64,000 nt of DNA from positions 47,158 to 111,157 of IMG/VR virus record IMGVR_UViG_3300029305_002995; one strand, written 5' to 3'. Below the pieces are notes generated by a model. The model was not told the origin of the DNA. It ran no database searches and saw nothing but the letters and a program-made list of their open reading frames with translations. A program made the position numbers and the translations under genes. This DNA is from a virus (Duplodnaviria > Caudoviricetes). Below are positions 1 through 12,084 of this stretch, in pieces (positions within the stretch are counted from its first letter, which is position 1; each line of letters begins with the position of its first letter).

Positions 1-262
1 CCAGCAAGTATTTCATCTTGCCCCTACTCCTGTTGCTGAATTTCACAGCCTATGGGATAGTCGTTAGACCTTCAATTATATATCAAATATAATTGCTTGG
101 CACTGGATTGTCATATAACAATATAAAGTTACTTAGATTTTCCCTGTTAGCATAGTTTTTCATCGTCATTTCCTACGATTACAATAGCAAACTACACACC
201 CTACATTTATAGGTTCACTAACTTATTCGATATGTATTACTACATAAAGCGACTATATTTTA
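1..262 (-). mobile_element. Group I intron 2 in the RNA polymerase gene (5' part; runs off the window)
   Basis: Exon ends ...NNFVID (GAT|TAAAATATAGTCG, P1 with U.G). Core AGTGAACCTATAAATGTAGGGTG...GCTAACAGGGAAA...AACGACTATC closely resembles intron 1. Confidence 0.8.
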
Positions 263-565
263 ATCGATAACAAAATTATTCTCCATACACAACAATTTAA
301 TAATATTAATAGCGTTTTGTTTTTCTTCTTCTGTTCCAGAAATAAATACTTCACTATTCCATATTTTTGAAATATTGTTACTATATACACCTATATTACC
401 ACCTATAAAAGCAGCATTTAAACCATGATAAATAGATTCACTGTTTAACTGCACTGGCAATGCTTTTTTCATATTGTAGTACAAAGGCACAATATTCTGC
501 ATATTACGTTCCGCTACGTTAATTAGCGTCTTATCTGCTACTACAAGGGACTTGTCTCCATCCAC
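263..565 (-). CDS. YonO-like RNA polymerase, exon 2
   Basis: Begins VDGDKSLVV, which completes the catalytic FD-V-DGD motif after splicing to exon 1. Confidence 0.85.
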
Positions 566-1587
566 CACGATACTTTACATATCGCAGACTATATCTTAAC
601 CATATCTTTTCAGACTTAGGTTCTCAGCACTTCCACATAATGAATGTCACATTATATGTACTCTACTTGGTTACTCATATAACACCATTTAAGGTTTTAT
701 ATTATCCTTTCGATAGTCGTTTGATTTTCGTAAAATAAAAATTCAATCATTTTATATATTTTTTAATGCTATAATGTTTTTTATACAAAGAATTATTTCT
801 AATTGCTCTATTCAATTGACACCGTACAGTTTCTACGTTATCTGTATCAGCTACACCAATATCAATTAAATATTGACAACATGGTACAATATAATCAAAA
901 CTTTTAACCAACTCTCCATCGTAAAATAAATCAACTGGTGTACTACGACCATTTTGTGTTGCAGGTCTACCTTGTTTTATTTTAGACAGCAATTTATCAT
1001 TTTGGTATTTCTTTGACAATTTATCATTTCCATAATTAGGATTTTTCTCGCCATGATAATCTGGTCTATTACAATTACTATATCTAACATTATCAGCATG
1101 AGTCATCCATTCTAAATTATCTGCTTTAGGATTTGCTCTATTGTAATCTTTGTGATTTACTTCTGGTAAATTATTTGGATTCGGTACAAAAGCAATGGCA
1201 ACTAATATATGTACTGCTACGCTACGATAACCGATATTAGGCAATCGCAAAGTACACACAATATATCCATCTGCATTATATCTATGTACACACTCTTTTC
1301 CATTACAAATAATCTTTCCAAAATTAGATACAGTTAAGTTTAATCCTTTATAGCAAATATTTTTATATTGTTCTTGCAATTATAACACCACCTATTTTTT
1401 TTATAAAATGATGGATTATTTTTATTTTACGCTTAACACAGGATTGCCATAATTAGTTTCCCTGTTAGCACATTACCAAATCGTCATTTCCTACGATTCC
1501 AAAAATGTGTAATGTACACCCTATATTTATAGGTTCACTGAGTTTTATATCTCTATGTTTCCATAGAGTTTGACATTTTTACTGGTC
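566..1587 (-). mobile_element. Group I intron 1 inserted in the DxDGD catalytic motif
   Basis: 5' exon ends in U (TTT GAT|) and the intron ends in G (TATCGTG|GTG GAT GGA GAC). P7 halves GACTATC/GATATAGTC. Contains an HNH ORF. Confidence 0.85.
747..1379 (-). CDS. Intron-encoded HNH homing endonuclease
   Basis: VHILVAIAFVPNPNNLPEVNHKDYNRANPKADNLEW HNH motif; N-terminal VSNFG. Confidence 0.9.
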   Translation of the reverse strand: MQEQYKNICYKGLNLTVSNFGKIICNGKECVHRYNADGYIVCTLRLPNIGYRSVAVHILVAIAFVPNPNNLPEVNHKDYNRANPKADNLEWMTHADNVRYSNCNRPDYHGEKNPNYGNDKLSKKYQNDKLLSKIKQGRPATQNGRSTPVDLFYDGELVKSFDYIVPCCQYLIDIGVADTDNVETVRCQLNRAIRNNSLYKKHYSIKKYIK

Positions 1588-3417
1588 ATCAAATTGGAGA
1601 ACTTTGGAAATTAAATCCTTACAGCTTGTATATAAAGCGTCAGTACAAAACCATCTTCTAATACTTTGCTGTAATTCTTCATTTTTGTAATAAGCAAGAT
1701 TTTTTCTAATAGGATGTTCCCTATATAAATGCGGACTTCGCAAACAATCTAATTTTTCATTTCTTCTAAACAACCAACAAAACACTTCGCCATCATTCAA
1801 TAATCCATCTGGATTTTCTATACCCTTAAACCAATACTCACACGCCGCATAAAAGTCTGGTAGAATAAAAGTATATTTACCATTGATTTTCAACTTACCT
1901 GCTTTAAATCGTTTAATCATACTATCTTTTAATTCTCTAAGATAGGATTTTACATATTCATCATTTAACAAATTAGGATATAGTTCAATGGATTTCTGAA
2001 ATGGTGTTTTATCTAAATTATATGGGGTAACTCCAAATGCTGCTTTAATTGTATCTACAGAAGAAGTTAAATTTTTTAACGTACAAATAGAATCGTTAGC
2101 AATCTTTAAGATTTCTTCATCAGATATATCAGTCAAGCTCTGGAGCATCTGATAATTAATTGTTGCATTTTTAATTCTATCTTCTTCTGGATTAGTAAAA
2201 CCTGCTGTACAACCATATCGTTTATATAATTCTTTATAGTTATCCCAAGAATCGTAATATTTCCAGAGTTTAAATTGACTTTTCGTAAAGATAACTTCAA
2301 TATCTTCTTCTATTACATTATGTTCTTGACCATAAATATCTTTAATTACTGGCGAACAATTATTTTCAATAATGAACTCTCTGAAATTAAACACTCCAAG
2401 TAAGCCTTTAACCCAAGGTAAACGAACCATACGATTTTTACCCATCTTAGGCAACATCATACCTGCACCATCTGTATGTGTAATTACAACATTATTAGAT
2501 ACTCTGTTAATTGAATAATCCACATCATCTACTAAATCGAAAGTACCAAACACTTCGGTTTCAAAATCATCAATCACTATTGTTTTATCGATATTAAATT
2601 CTTCCCATACGTCAGTAGCGGAATTTGCCAAAGCAAGATAAGCTAAATGCTTATTTGGATTATTTCCACCTCTACGATTAATTTCATCTACAGTCAAACC
2701 ACACATAATTGTTTTTTCATGCTGTTTCCAAATAGATTCTTTTATAAAAACAACTTTCTTGGTTCTAATTTGTCCAGCAGATGAAGTAAAATAGATATAT
2801 TTTTCGCCTTCAAATTCAAAGCCATGATATATCAAATCTTTAATAATATCGAAATAATACACTTGAATTACCATGAAATCTTTACATAATTCATCTTGTT
2901 TTGCTTGAATAGTTCTGGTAAACGAAGATTCAAAAACAGAAATAATATCATCATTTGAAATTTCATTTTCTCTAACTTTACGAATATGATGTTTTCCTTT
3001 GGATTTAATATTAGCTTCAACCTTGACAGATAACAGTTTTAGTAGAGCTTCTTCTACGTTGTGAATTGCATTAGTTTTTACTGACATTAAATCTCTGAGC
3101 TTTTTATATTTCTTTGCCCAGAACACAACATCTTCATTTCCACCCCATAAAGCATAGTCAAATTTATCTTTAACAATATCGCTAAAGTCATTTTCATCTA
3201 AACCATATAGATTTAACTTTTTCTCAATTTCTTTATATCCAACTATGATACGCTTAACTTCACCATTAGATTTTGTAATATAGCCACCTTTTTTAATTTG
3301 ATTCTTTTCTTCTCGTAAAGTGTGAATCTTTTTATGTAGCCTTGCTTCTTTGTTGGTGTAAAAATAGCCTGTATCTATAGAATATATTTGTAATTGGCGG
3401 TCTAACAACGCTATCAC
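1588..3417 (-). CDS. YonO-like single-subunit (RdRP-family) DNA-dependent RNA polymerase, exon 1
   Basis: Motifs SAGQIR, HTDGAG, RLPWVKG, LRSPH, LQFD(VDGD). Confidence 0.85.
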
Positions 3418-3478
3418 CCACCTTTATTTACATTCATGTAATTACAACCTTATTATCTTACGCTTAAATAAAAATATT

Positions 3479-3673
3479 TTAGTTATCAAACAATTCATTT
3501 TCAAACACACTAAAATACGAATTTACATAATCACGATACGACTTTGTATCTTTAAATCCAGATTTAAAAATTCGTCTATCTTCTGGAGGGTAAAAATCTT
3601 CTTCTGATAATTCGTAAAAATTACTTAAATGACTTATACCATTGTCTTGTTGAGGAACACACATACCATACAC
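3479..3673 (-). CDS. Small hypothetical protein
   Basis: Strong GGAGG RBS; lies in the leftward operon. Confidence 0.6.
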   Translation of the reverse strand: MYGMCVPQQDNGISHLSNFYELSEEDFYPPEDRRIFKSGFKDTKSYRDYVNSYFSVFENELFDN

Positions 3674-3697
3674 CCTCCTTCCTGCTACTTAACTTAT

Positions 3698-4546
3698 TCA
3701 TTTAATTTTTCTAATCTTATTATTAACTTCATCCAAATAATACTCATGTCCACTTGCCAATAGATATTGTCCTTCACGTTTATAAGTATTTGCGAACACT
3801 GTATAATCAGTGCGGTATTTGTCTTGATATTTAATCCTTGGTAAAGTTTTATAGTAAATTAAATTTAATTCTACCAAAGCATCAATAGCCAAATTAAGTG
3901 TCCTTTTAGTAATATTAAGCTTTTCAGCAATATCTTTTAAAAAACCACAATATGCTTCTGGATTATTTTGTTTTCGTTTATCGATTGCATATTCTAAATT
4001 ATGTGTGTTATCTACATTTAGCTCTTGTACAGTCAACAAATTCCTTCTTTTGAAGATTGACATTCTTAAATAAGCAAACACAAGCAAAATAGCTTCTGTA
4101 TTATTAAAATCAGAATATTGTCCATAATCTAAAATACGTTGAACTTCATCTATGTAAATCAAAGCAAATCTTGAAGCACATTCATCCATTAACTTTTTAG
4201 AATCTATTGAGACTTCAAAACAATAAGCATTAGAATCCAAACCAGAATCATCATAGGTCAAGAAATCATAAAACTGTTTATAATAAATAAAGAGATTTCT
4301 AATATTGTTGTTAATTCCCTTTGCACATCTGTTTGGAACATGACCTAACCACTTCACAATAAAGTCAATATTACATAATACTTTTTCATTTCTACCCAGA
4401 TAACACAATAAAAAAGTCAGTAATCCAATTCGTTTTTCAGACATTCTACCATCTAAAATAATAGATTCTGGAATCGCAAAATAGAAATTTTGATTTTTTT
4501 CTAATTTTTTTGGATTCAAATATTCAAATTTTTTATTTTCAGTCAT
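3698..4546 (-). CDS. Winged-HTH DNA-binding protein, possible replication initiator
   Basis: LKDIAEKLNITKRTLNLAIDALVELNLIY HTH-like segment; adjacent to the iteron-like repeat. Confidence 0.5.
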   Translation of the reverse strand: MTENKKFEYLNPKKLEKNQNFYFAIPESIILDGRMSEKRIGLLTFLLCYLGRNEKVLCNIDFIVKWLGHVPNRCAKGINNNIRNLFIYYKQFYDFLTYDDSGLDSNAYCFEVSIDSKKLMDECASRFALIYIDEVQRILDYGQYSDFNNTEAILLVFAYLRMSIFKRRNLLTVQELNVDNTHNLEYAIDKRKQNNPEAYCGFLKDIAEKLNITKRTLNLAIDALVELNLIYYKTLPRIKYQDKYRTDYTVFANTYKREGQYLLASGHEYYLDEVNNKIRKIK

Positions 4547-4607
4547 ATCCTATTCCCTTATTTTTACAATTCACTATTTTCAGCAGCTAATTTTTCAAAA
4601 TTCAAAT

Positions 4608-4741
4608 TCAAAAATATACAGTTAACGTACACGATTGGCATTTATAGGGGTAGAAAAATCAAATCGTGTACAAAATCCGTATCGTTTTTTAACTTCTATA
4701 TATAATATATAATAGAAATATATATAAAATACTTAAAGCAC
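4608..4741 (+). repeat. Left arm of ~134-bp long-range inverted repeat (partner 20054-20185)
   Basis: TCAAAAATATACAG.TAACGTACAC...AATCGTGTACA...CGTTTTTTAACTTCTATATATA...ATATATAAAATACTTAAAGCAC matches the reverse complement of 20054-20185. Confidence 0.9.
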
Positions 4742-5068
4742 ACTTTTTTTCACTACCTGCTGAAAAGTACAAATTCTATAAGCTATCTCATACGTTATTT
4801 TCATGCTAAAACACTTTATACGAATTATCTTTTTATGTAAATATCTCTTTGATACTGAATAACTTTATTTTAAATTAATATTTTCTGAAATATTAGCTTT
4901 AGAAAAATATTATTTTCTTGGGATTAAGTCATACCTGCACTATCTTTTGTCTTTATATGGTGTTTTAGATTTATTTGCGTTTTAGCTTATAACCTTATTA
5001 TCCTACTATTAGTTTTAAATAGTAAGGTTTTGTTCAATAATGACTTATACCTTTACTATCTATGCAAT

Positions 5069-5097
5069 ATATTACCATATTTTTATTAGTTTGTCAA
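5069..5097 (-). promoter_or_regulatory. sigmaA-type promoter for the leftward operon
   Basis: TTGACA-17-TAATAT on the minus strand. Confidence 0.6.
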
Positions 5098-5099
5098 TA

Positions 5100-6600
5100 G
5101 GCTAAGATAATAAAGTTATAAGTTATTTTCTTGTTTATTTTGGTATGGATTTTAGATTTTTATAGTTCGATTTTAATTTTGGTGATTTTGTTTATTTTGC
5201 ACAAATATGGCTTTTAGTTGGACATTATTTGAAATTTGATTTATTTGTGTTTGATTTTATAGTTCATCACATTTTTTATATGGTTTTAGGGTGTTTTATC
5301 ACATTTTTCTAATATATATTTTATTGTTACATTTTTTGTACTTTTTTATTTTCATTTAGTTTTTTCTGGCTGTTTTTAAAAATGGTAATCCATTGTCAAA
5401 ATTGATTGAAATTTTTGGGAATTGTAAATTTTAAGATAAATTTTTCTGGTTCTTTTCTAATACTGCAAGCGTATGTTCTGAATTACTAAAAATTAGATTT
5501 TAGTAAAAAAACAGGGTGGGTTCATTTTTAGGTTTTTCATGGGTGAGCAATAGCTCGTATAGTATGATATTGGCTGTAAAATAGAGGTATATGCGGATAT
5601 ATATGAGGGTGATTTTTAAAAAATTTGAATATGGGGTGGTATGGGAATTAGGTGAAATAAGAGTAAATTAAAGGTTTGGATTTGGACTATTTAAAGGTTG
5701 GTTGGTATAAATTTAAGATAGATTTAAGGTAAGTTTATAGGATAGTTGTAGGGTGATTTTGGGTTAGATTTGGGGTGGATTTGTGTGTTAAAAAGGTTGT
5801 ATATAGGGTTATTTATAGGGCGATTGTAGGATGAATGTAGAATAAAACTATGACAAAATTAAGTAAGAAATTAATACAAGAATTACTGGTTTATTTTAGG
5901 GGTATGTATAGGTGTGTATGTGGTATGGGTTTTAGGATGTGTGATTAGATAGACCAGACAAGACTTCGGCTCGTGGCACTTTCGTGTGTTAAAGTGTAAA
6001 TACGCCCTACCTGCTCCGTTCATATTCCAATTTGAAAAAGCCTCAAAAAATCAAATTGAAAAGAACATACGTTCTTAGAAGATTTTTCGATTGTTAAAGC
6101 TATATCAATATTGTTAAATGATTATCAATTAACCTCCCGCTATTGGACTGAACCTTAGTTTATCAGCTAAACACAAAAAGGAGAAAAATCAAGCGTGTAA
6201 AGGTATCTTACTTTACACCGAAAAATCCAACGTAAAGTTTACTTTACATTTTCAAATATACTAATACAGTATACTTTCTCCCAAAAATCACTTTTTCTCC
6301 CTCTCAAAAAACCTCTCAAAAAACCTCCTAAAAAACCGCATAACTAAGCGAAAAAACAATATTTTTCCATTTTCAAAAACGCTTAAAAAAAGCCTAAAAA
6401 TATATGTTTTCTTCTTATATCCCTTATATCCCTTTTTTTCTTCCTATATCCTCTTCCCTTCTTCCTAATCACATTTCATTATAATTCTATCGTATTCCAT
6501 TTACTTATATTTTTCCTTCTCCCTCCCTCCTATCCTCCCTTTTTGTACAAATTGCACAAAATTTCAAAAATCATAAAAAATTGCTCAAAACTCTATTTAC
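5100..6600. other. Non-coding region with abrupt G/T-rich to C/A-rich skew switch; candidate genome end or pac region
   Basis: About 5.1-5.95 kb is G/T-rich, about 6.0-6.6 kb is C/A-rich; no ORFs; divergent transcription on either side. Confidence 0.45.
6063..6074. promoter_or_regulatory. LexA (Cheo) box
   Basis: GAAC-ATAC-GTTC, matching the Bacillota GAAC-N4-GTTC consensus. Confidence 0.55.
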
Positions 6601-6711
6601 ATACTGCAATCATTATGTTACAATAAAATCGTACCAAACAGGTACAAACAACAAACATTAAGCAAGTAAACAAAACAACAAACAACACAAATCAAAAAGG
6701 AGTACAAAACT

Positions 6712-7605
6712 ATGATGAACACTAACACTACTAACATCAATTCCATCCTCAACACCAACAAATCCAAAAAGCATGCTTGCGGTCATTGTCAGTGTTGCAA
6801 CAAAGTCACTGACTTCCTCGCACTTCCAATGAAAGACCGTGGCGGCAGAAACGCATATCTTTGTGAAGAGTGCACTTCTAAAGTCTTTGACTATTGCGAC
6901 GAAAACAGCTCTATCTACGGCGTTGAAAAAGTCCATCCATACACTTTCAGCATTGAGCTTGAAGTATCAGCACACACCGACACGGCAAGCCTTGAACTTT
7001 CCCACATTGATTACTTGCCAACTTCTGACTGCACTGTTGAATGTGAATTCAAAAGCCCAATTTACAACGGTTTTAACGCTCTTTCCAAACACGCCACCCA
7101 AACTATCGCCATGTTATTAGATGACAATGAAATTGAAATGGACTGGACTTGTGGAACTCATTTCAACGTTGGCGTAAACGGTAAAATCAATGAATACAGT
7201 ATAGCATACATCGCAAGATACTATCGTGATTTGTTTATTCCATTAAGCAACGCCATGAAAGAGCATCCAATTACTACTGAGCGCATCTATGGCAGAAACT
7301 TCTCGACATGGGCTGAACCTTGCAACGCATATACTTATCCTTATGAACATTGCAACTTTATTAATATTCAGCATACTACCCACATCGAGCATAGACTCTG
7401 CAAGTATGTTACTGGCGAACAATACGCTGAATGTATGAGATACTGTCGCAAGCTTACCGAGATTATCATCAACAACTTTGTTGACTACCTTACCGTAGAA
7501 ATCAAAGATACTAACAGATACCCAGACCGTGAAAGTTATCTGAAACATAAAGCAGAAGTAACTGCAAAAAAACTTGTAAACGAGTTTTTAAAAAGAGCGA
7601 GATAG
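6712..7605 (+). CDS. Putative amidoligase (COOH-NH2 ligase family)
   Basis: FSIELEV, SDCTV.CEFKSP, CGTHFNVG and IEHRL motifs. Confidence 0.7.
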   Translation: MMNTNTTNINSILNTNKSKKHACGHCQCCNKVTDFLALPMKDRGGRNAYLCEECTSKVFDYCDENSSIYGVEKVHPYTFSIELEVSAHTDTASLELSHIDYLPTSDCTVECEFKSPIYNGFNALSKHATQTIAMLLDDNEIEMDWTCGTHFNVGVNGKINEYSIAYIARYYRDLFIPLSNAMKEHPITTERIYGRNFSTWAEPCNAYTYPYEHCNFINIQHTTHIEHRLCKYVTGEQYAECMRYCRKLTEIIINNFVDYLTVEIKDTNRYPDRESYLKHKAEVTAKKLVNEFLKRAR

Positions 7606-7754
7606 TAAGGTTATAAGTTAAAAGGGCGAGAGTAAAATCTCGCCCGATACCTAAAACAAACATTTTCAAAAATAATCAAAAATTACACAAATTTTCAAAA
7701 ACATCTTAAAATTTTATCAACTTTCAAAAATCACAAAAAAAAGGAGATAATACC

Positions 7755-8084
7755 ATGAAAAAAATGACTTTGACTGCATCTGATATGAAAAAAATCCTTC
7801 TTAAAAAATTAGCAGATGAAAACACATATTTCACTGAATCTGATATTCTCTTTTATCAAACTTCGCCGCAACGATATAAAATTATCATTAAAGACTATGA
7901 ACATATTGTTTTTATCCTTAATATATTTAATGATGAAGAAGATGACGCAGAACTCATTGCAGTATGGCGAAAAGATAAAGACCGCACAAATAAAAATTTG
8001 ATTATCTTAGAAGAACATCACGAAAACAAAGTTATAGAATCTGTGTTGAAACAACTTGGATATTATATCGGTACACGCTTTTAA
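7755..8084 (+). CDS. Hypothetical protein
   Basis: AAGGAG RBS; terminator downstream. Confidence 0.75.
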   Translation: MKKMTLTASDMKKILLKKLADENTYFTESDILFYQTSPQRYKIIIKDYEHIVFILNIFNDEEDDAELIAVWRKDKDRTNKNLIILEEHHENKVIESVLKQLGYYIGTRF

Positions 8085-8647
8085 TAGTTTTATAGAGAGT
8101 CTGGAAACAGACTCTTTTTTTTATGCTTTTTTCTTTACACAAAAAAGCTGCATTTTCAAAAACGTTAAGTTTTTGTATTTTTAATGTTTTCAAAAATAGT
8201 TGTTTTTGATACTATTTTCAAAAACGCTCAAATATTGTATTGTTAAAAAATTATCACTTTATCCGAAAATCATAATATAATTACTTAAAAAATCCAAACT
8301 GTTACAAAACGACCCTACAATACGATACAATCAATTTTAATCCTTTTAACCTATAACAATATACACTATACCGCAAAAATGCCTTACAGAAGCTCTCAGA
8401 CGCTACAAATCAATTTTAATATAATAAGAAAATAAACAGTTAAACAAAACAGAAAAATTCTAAACTTGCAACTAACTTACAACTAACTTGCATTTTCAAA
8501 AACTAAATTTTATTGCAGAAAATTTTAGAAAATAAATAATCAAAGAAAATTCAAAAAAACACTTGACAAAACAAATTCAATAAGCTATAATCTAATCAAA
8601 CAAGAACATAAACAAAACGACAAACAACAAAACAGGAGGAAACAAAA

Positions 8648-8929
8648 ATGAAGAAAAACATAATAAAATATACTTGCATTAACTGCAAATATTTTAATGC
8701 GTGCGGAGACGAAGAACGCACAGAACCATGCAAAGGAAAAATCCCCGCAATAATAAAGTACAAACACCACGCAGAACCAGAAACAATAAAAGAATTAAAC
8801 CTCGAAGCAGTTTACAGAAACAACTCTTTCGCCTATCGTGGAATGAGTTATGAAGAATTTGTAAAACTGGAACTTACCAAAATTCAGAAAGATTTAGAAA
8901 ATGGCGTTTTGCTTTGGTATGAAGCATAA
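8648..8929 (+). CDS. Hypothetical protein with Cys-rich N-terminus
   Basis: Promoter plus AGGAGG RBS. Confidence 0.75.
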   Translation: MKKNIIKYTCINCKYFNACGDEERTEPCKGKIPAIIKYKHHAEPETIKELNLEAVYRNNSFAYRGMSYEEFVKLELTKIQKDLENGVLLWYEA

Positions 8930-8951
8930 ACAACTAACAGGAGGAAAAACC

Positions 8952-9065
8952 ATGAAGCAGAAAATCAGAAATTTCGTAAACTATATTCTTGTAGAATCCG
9001 CTTTTGTAGCTGTCAGCTTGTCAATGATTTTTGTTCTTTTGGAAAGAACTTGTGCAAGATATTAA
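8952..9065 (+). CDS. 37-aa hydrophobic peptide (not in ORF track)
   Basis: AGGAGG RBS; MKQKIRNFVNYILVESAFVAVSLSMIFVLLERTCARY. Confidence 0.6.
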   Translation: MKQKIRNFVNYILVESAFVAVSLSMIFVLLERTCARY

Positions 9066-9495
9066 AAGAAAGTAAAGTTATAATTTATATATAATTAAGG
9101 GAGTCGAAAGACTCCCTTTCTTTTATACCCTACACAGAAAAATTGTATTTTCAAAAACACTTGATTTTTGATACTATTTTCAAAAACGTTAAGTTTTTGT
9201 ATTTGTATATTTTTAGATATGGAATTTTTCTGCTTAAACCTTAAATTTCAAATTTACAACAAAATTGAATTTTTGAAAACTGGAACAACTTGTATCTGGA
9301 ATTATCTGAACATCTGGAACAATTTTTGACGATATTCAAAAATATTAAATTTTTGATGACGTTTTCAAAAACACTAATCTATTGCAGAAAATAATTATTT
9401 TAATAAAATTTAATTCACCTATTGACATAATGCAATCATTACACTATAATATAATTAAAGACAAAACAAACAACGACCCACAGGAGGAAAAACAA

Positions 9496-9747
9496 ATGGA
9501 GAAAATAAACCTTGCTCATGTAGTAGAAAAATTCTTAATGGAGAAAAAATGCCACTTTGATGATATTTATCAAGGCTTTGCAGATTGCCTTGTATGTATT
9601 AAAATTACTGGTGACTGGAAGCATGACCATTTAAGAACTAAAATCTTACTCGAAGAAAACTTTAATGTACTTTTACATAAAGAAGATGCAGAACCATCTG
9701 AAGAAGATTTTTATACCGCAGTGCATACTTTTATGATTAAAGATTGA
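9496..9747 (+). CDS. Hypothetical protein (start corrected)
   Basis: AGGAGG RBS before MEKINL. Confidence 0.75.
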   Translation: MEKINLAHVVEKFLMEKKCHFDDIYQGFADCLVCIKITGDWKHDHLRTKILLEENFNVLLHKEDAEPSEEDFYTAVHTFMIKD

Positions 9748-9758
9748 GAGGAAGAATA

Positions 9759-9977
9759 ATGATGTTTCCATATAAAAATTACAAAGTGGAATTTTCCTAT
9801 TATTCCGAAACCAAAAAGAAAAGAATAACGGAGTCAGAATATTACGGATGCGAATACAGCGCGCAAAATGCTGTCAATCGTTGTAGAGTTGACTATCAAA
9901 ATTATAAAGATTTAAGGATTGAATCAGTTTATTTTGAAAATTATACTGCATGGGAATTTACAGATGCTTGGGAATAA
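9759..9977 (+). CDS. Hypothetical protein
   Basis: GAGG RBS; terminator downstream. Confidence 0.7.
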   Translation: MMFPYKNYKVEFSYYSETKKKRITESEYYGCEYSAQNAVNRCRVDYQNYKDLRIESVYFENYTAWEFTDAWE

Positions 9978-10400
9978 ATAAAAATCAGAGAGTCAGAAAT
10001 GACTCTCTTTTTTATTGCGATTTTACTTTTACAACTAACCAGCGTTTTCAAAAATTCAAAGAAATTGTAATAATCAAGATAAAACAAATTAAGTCAATTT
10101 TTGAAAACACAATACTTTTGTGCGGCTTGTTTCTGTATATATTTGTTTTTGAACATGGAATTTTTTTATTTTATTACAATTTAACTTAATTTTCAAAAAT
10201 ACTACTTTCCTGTCAACAGCTGTATGATAATAATATGACAACAAAAAATCAACATTTCTAAAAACATTTTTCTTTTGTCTAAGAAAATAAATATAAAAAT
10301 AAATTTTCAATAACTACTTGACATAATAATATTATTATGTTATAATCAAATCAGAAAATAAACAACACAACAAACAATATAAAACAAAGGAGTTAAAACT

Positions 10401-11258
10401 ATGACAAAAGAAAAATTCAATATCTATGAAGAAATTACAAACAGAATTATTAAACAGCTTGAAGCAGGAACTATTCCATGGCACAAACCATGGTCTGGAG
10501 TAGCTACTGGAGCATTTAACAGAGTTTCCAAAAAACCTTATAGCCTGTTGAATCAAATGCTTTTACAGCACGAGGGAGAATATGCTACTTTCAAACAGTG
10601 GAGCGCACTTGGCGGCAAAATCAAAAAAGGCGAAAAATCCGAAATTGTTGTTTTCTGGAAAATCCTTGAATCTGAAAAAGTAAATGATAAAGGCGAAAAG
10701 GAGAAACAGATTATTCCTATGCTTAGATATTATAGCGTTTTTCATATCTCACAAATTGAAGGCGTAGAACCTATCTCAAAACCACAGGTACAGCACGAAC
10801 CAATTAAAGAAGGCGAAGAAATTAAAAACAATTATAAAGCAAGAGAAAATTTGACTATTAACGAAATCGTGACAAATAGAGCCTTTTACAACCCATCTGG
10901 TGACTATATCGAAGTACCATGCAAAGAGCAGTATTCAGATATTGCAGAATTTTACAGCACATTATTCCATGAGATGACTCACAGCACAGGACACAAAGAC
11001 AGGTTAAACAGATTAGATAAAACCGCACGCTTTGGGAATAATGAATATAGTAAAGAGGAACTTGTAGCTGAAATCGGAGCTTGTAGCTTAATCAATATGA
11101 TTGGCTTGGAATCTCCAAAAACTTTTAATAATAGTGCTTCATATATCCAGAGTTGGCTCAAAGTATTGAAAGATGATAGTAAATTCATTGTATCTGCAAG
11201 TAGTAAAGCAGAAAAAGCGGTTAAATATATCTTAGGTGAACAGCTTGTAACAGAATAA
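10401..11258 (+). CDS. ardC: ArdC-like ssDNA-binding anti-restriction protein with zincin-like domain
   Basis: GTIPWHKPW, YSLLNQMLL, TFKQW..LGG.IKKGEK, HEMTHSTGH, YSKEELVAE. Confidence 0.9.
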   Translation: MTKEKFNIYEEITNRIIKQLEAGTIPWHKPWSGVATGAFNRVSKKPYSLLNQMLLQHEGEYATFKQWSALGGKIKKGEKSEIVVFWKILESEKVNDKGEKEKQIIPMLRYYSVFHISQIEGVEPISKPQVQHEPIKEGEEIKNNYKARENLTINEIVTNRAFYNPSGDYIEVPCKEQYSDIAEFYSTLFHEMTHSTGHKDRLNRLDKTARFGNNEYSKEELVAEIGACSLINMIGLESPKTFNNSASYIQSWLKVLKDDSKFIVSASSKAEKAVKYILGEQLVTE

Positions 11259-11511
11259 AAAAATATACTGAGGACTCGAAAGAGTCCTCTTTTTTTGCTA
11301 TTACACAAAATCAGTATTTTTAGAAACGATGATTTTTTGCATTTTTTCTTATCACAAGAAAAGTCAATTTTTGAAAATCCTATCAAATTGCAATATACCA
11401 TTTTTTGAGAAAATAATTATTTTAATAACTCTTATATTTTGTATTGACTCTTGAAAAACATAGTGCTATAATATAGTTAAGGATAAAAAATAAATTATAG
11501 GAGGTTTATTT

Positions 11512-11838
11512 ATGAATAACGAGCAGAAAATTATGAGTATACTTGATTTAATTATGGAACGCCTTGATAAAATAGAAAGTAGATTTGATAATCTGGAAAA
11601 TAGATTTGATAGATTTGAAATTGACGTAAACAAGCGTTTTAATGACCTTGAGTCTAACATGGACAAACAATTTGCAGAGGTTAAACGATGTTTAGCAGAT
11701 GTCGCAGAAGGAATCAACGCTACTATTTTACATTCAGCACAAGATACACAAGTATTAAATAAACGAATTGACGAAATAGAAAAAATTGCAATTATCGCAT
11801 TAAAAGAAGCAAGCCTCGCAAAATATAGGAATATCTAA
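11512..11838 (+). CDS. Coiled-coil protein
   Basis: Heptad-like RLDKIES/RFDNLEN/RFDRFEI repeats; own promoter and terminator. Confidence 0.7.
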   Translation: MNNEQKIMSILDLIMERLDKIESRFDNLENRFDRFEIDVNKRFNDLESNMDKQFAEVKRCLADVAEGINATILHSAQDTQVLNKRIDEIEKIAIIALKEASLAKYRNI

Positions 11839-12084
11839 AATACACATTAAAAAGAGTCTGGAAACAGGCTCTTTTTTTATACGCTTTTTATCTTTACAAG
11901 TTATTAAGATTTTTGAAAATGGAATTTTTTCGCTTTCAAAAATAGAATGTATTCAAAAACATCTGGAAAATAAATATTAAAATAAATTGGATTTTACTAT
12001 TGACATACTACAATAGTTATGTTATTATATACTCAAACAAGGACATAAACAAAACGACAAACAACAAAATAGGAGGAAAACAAA

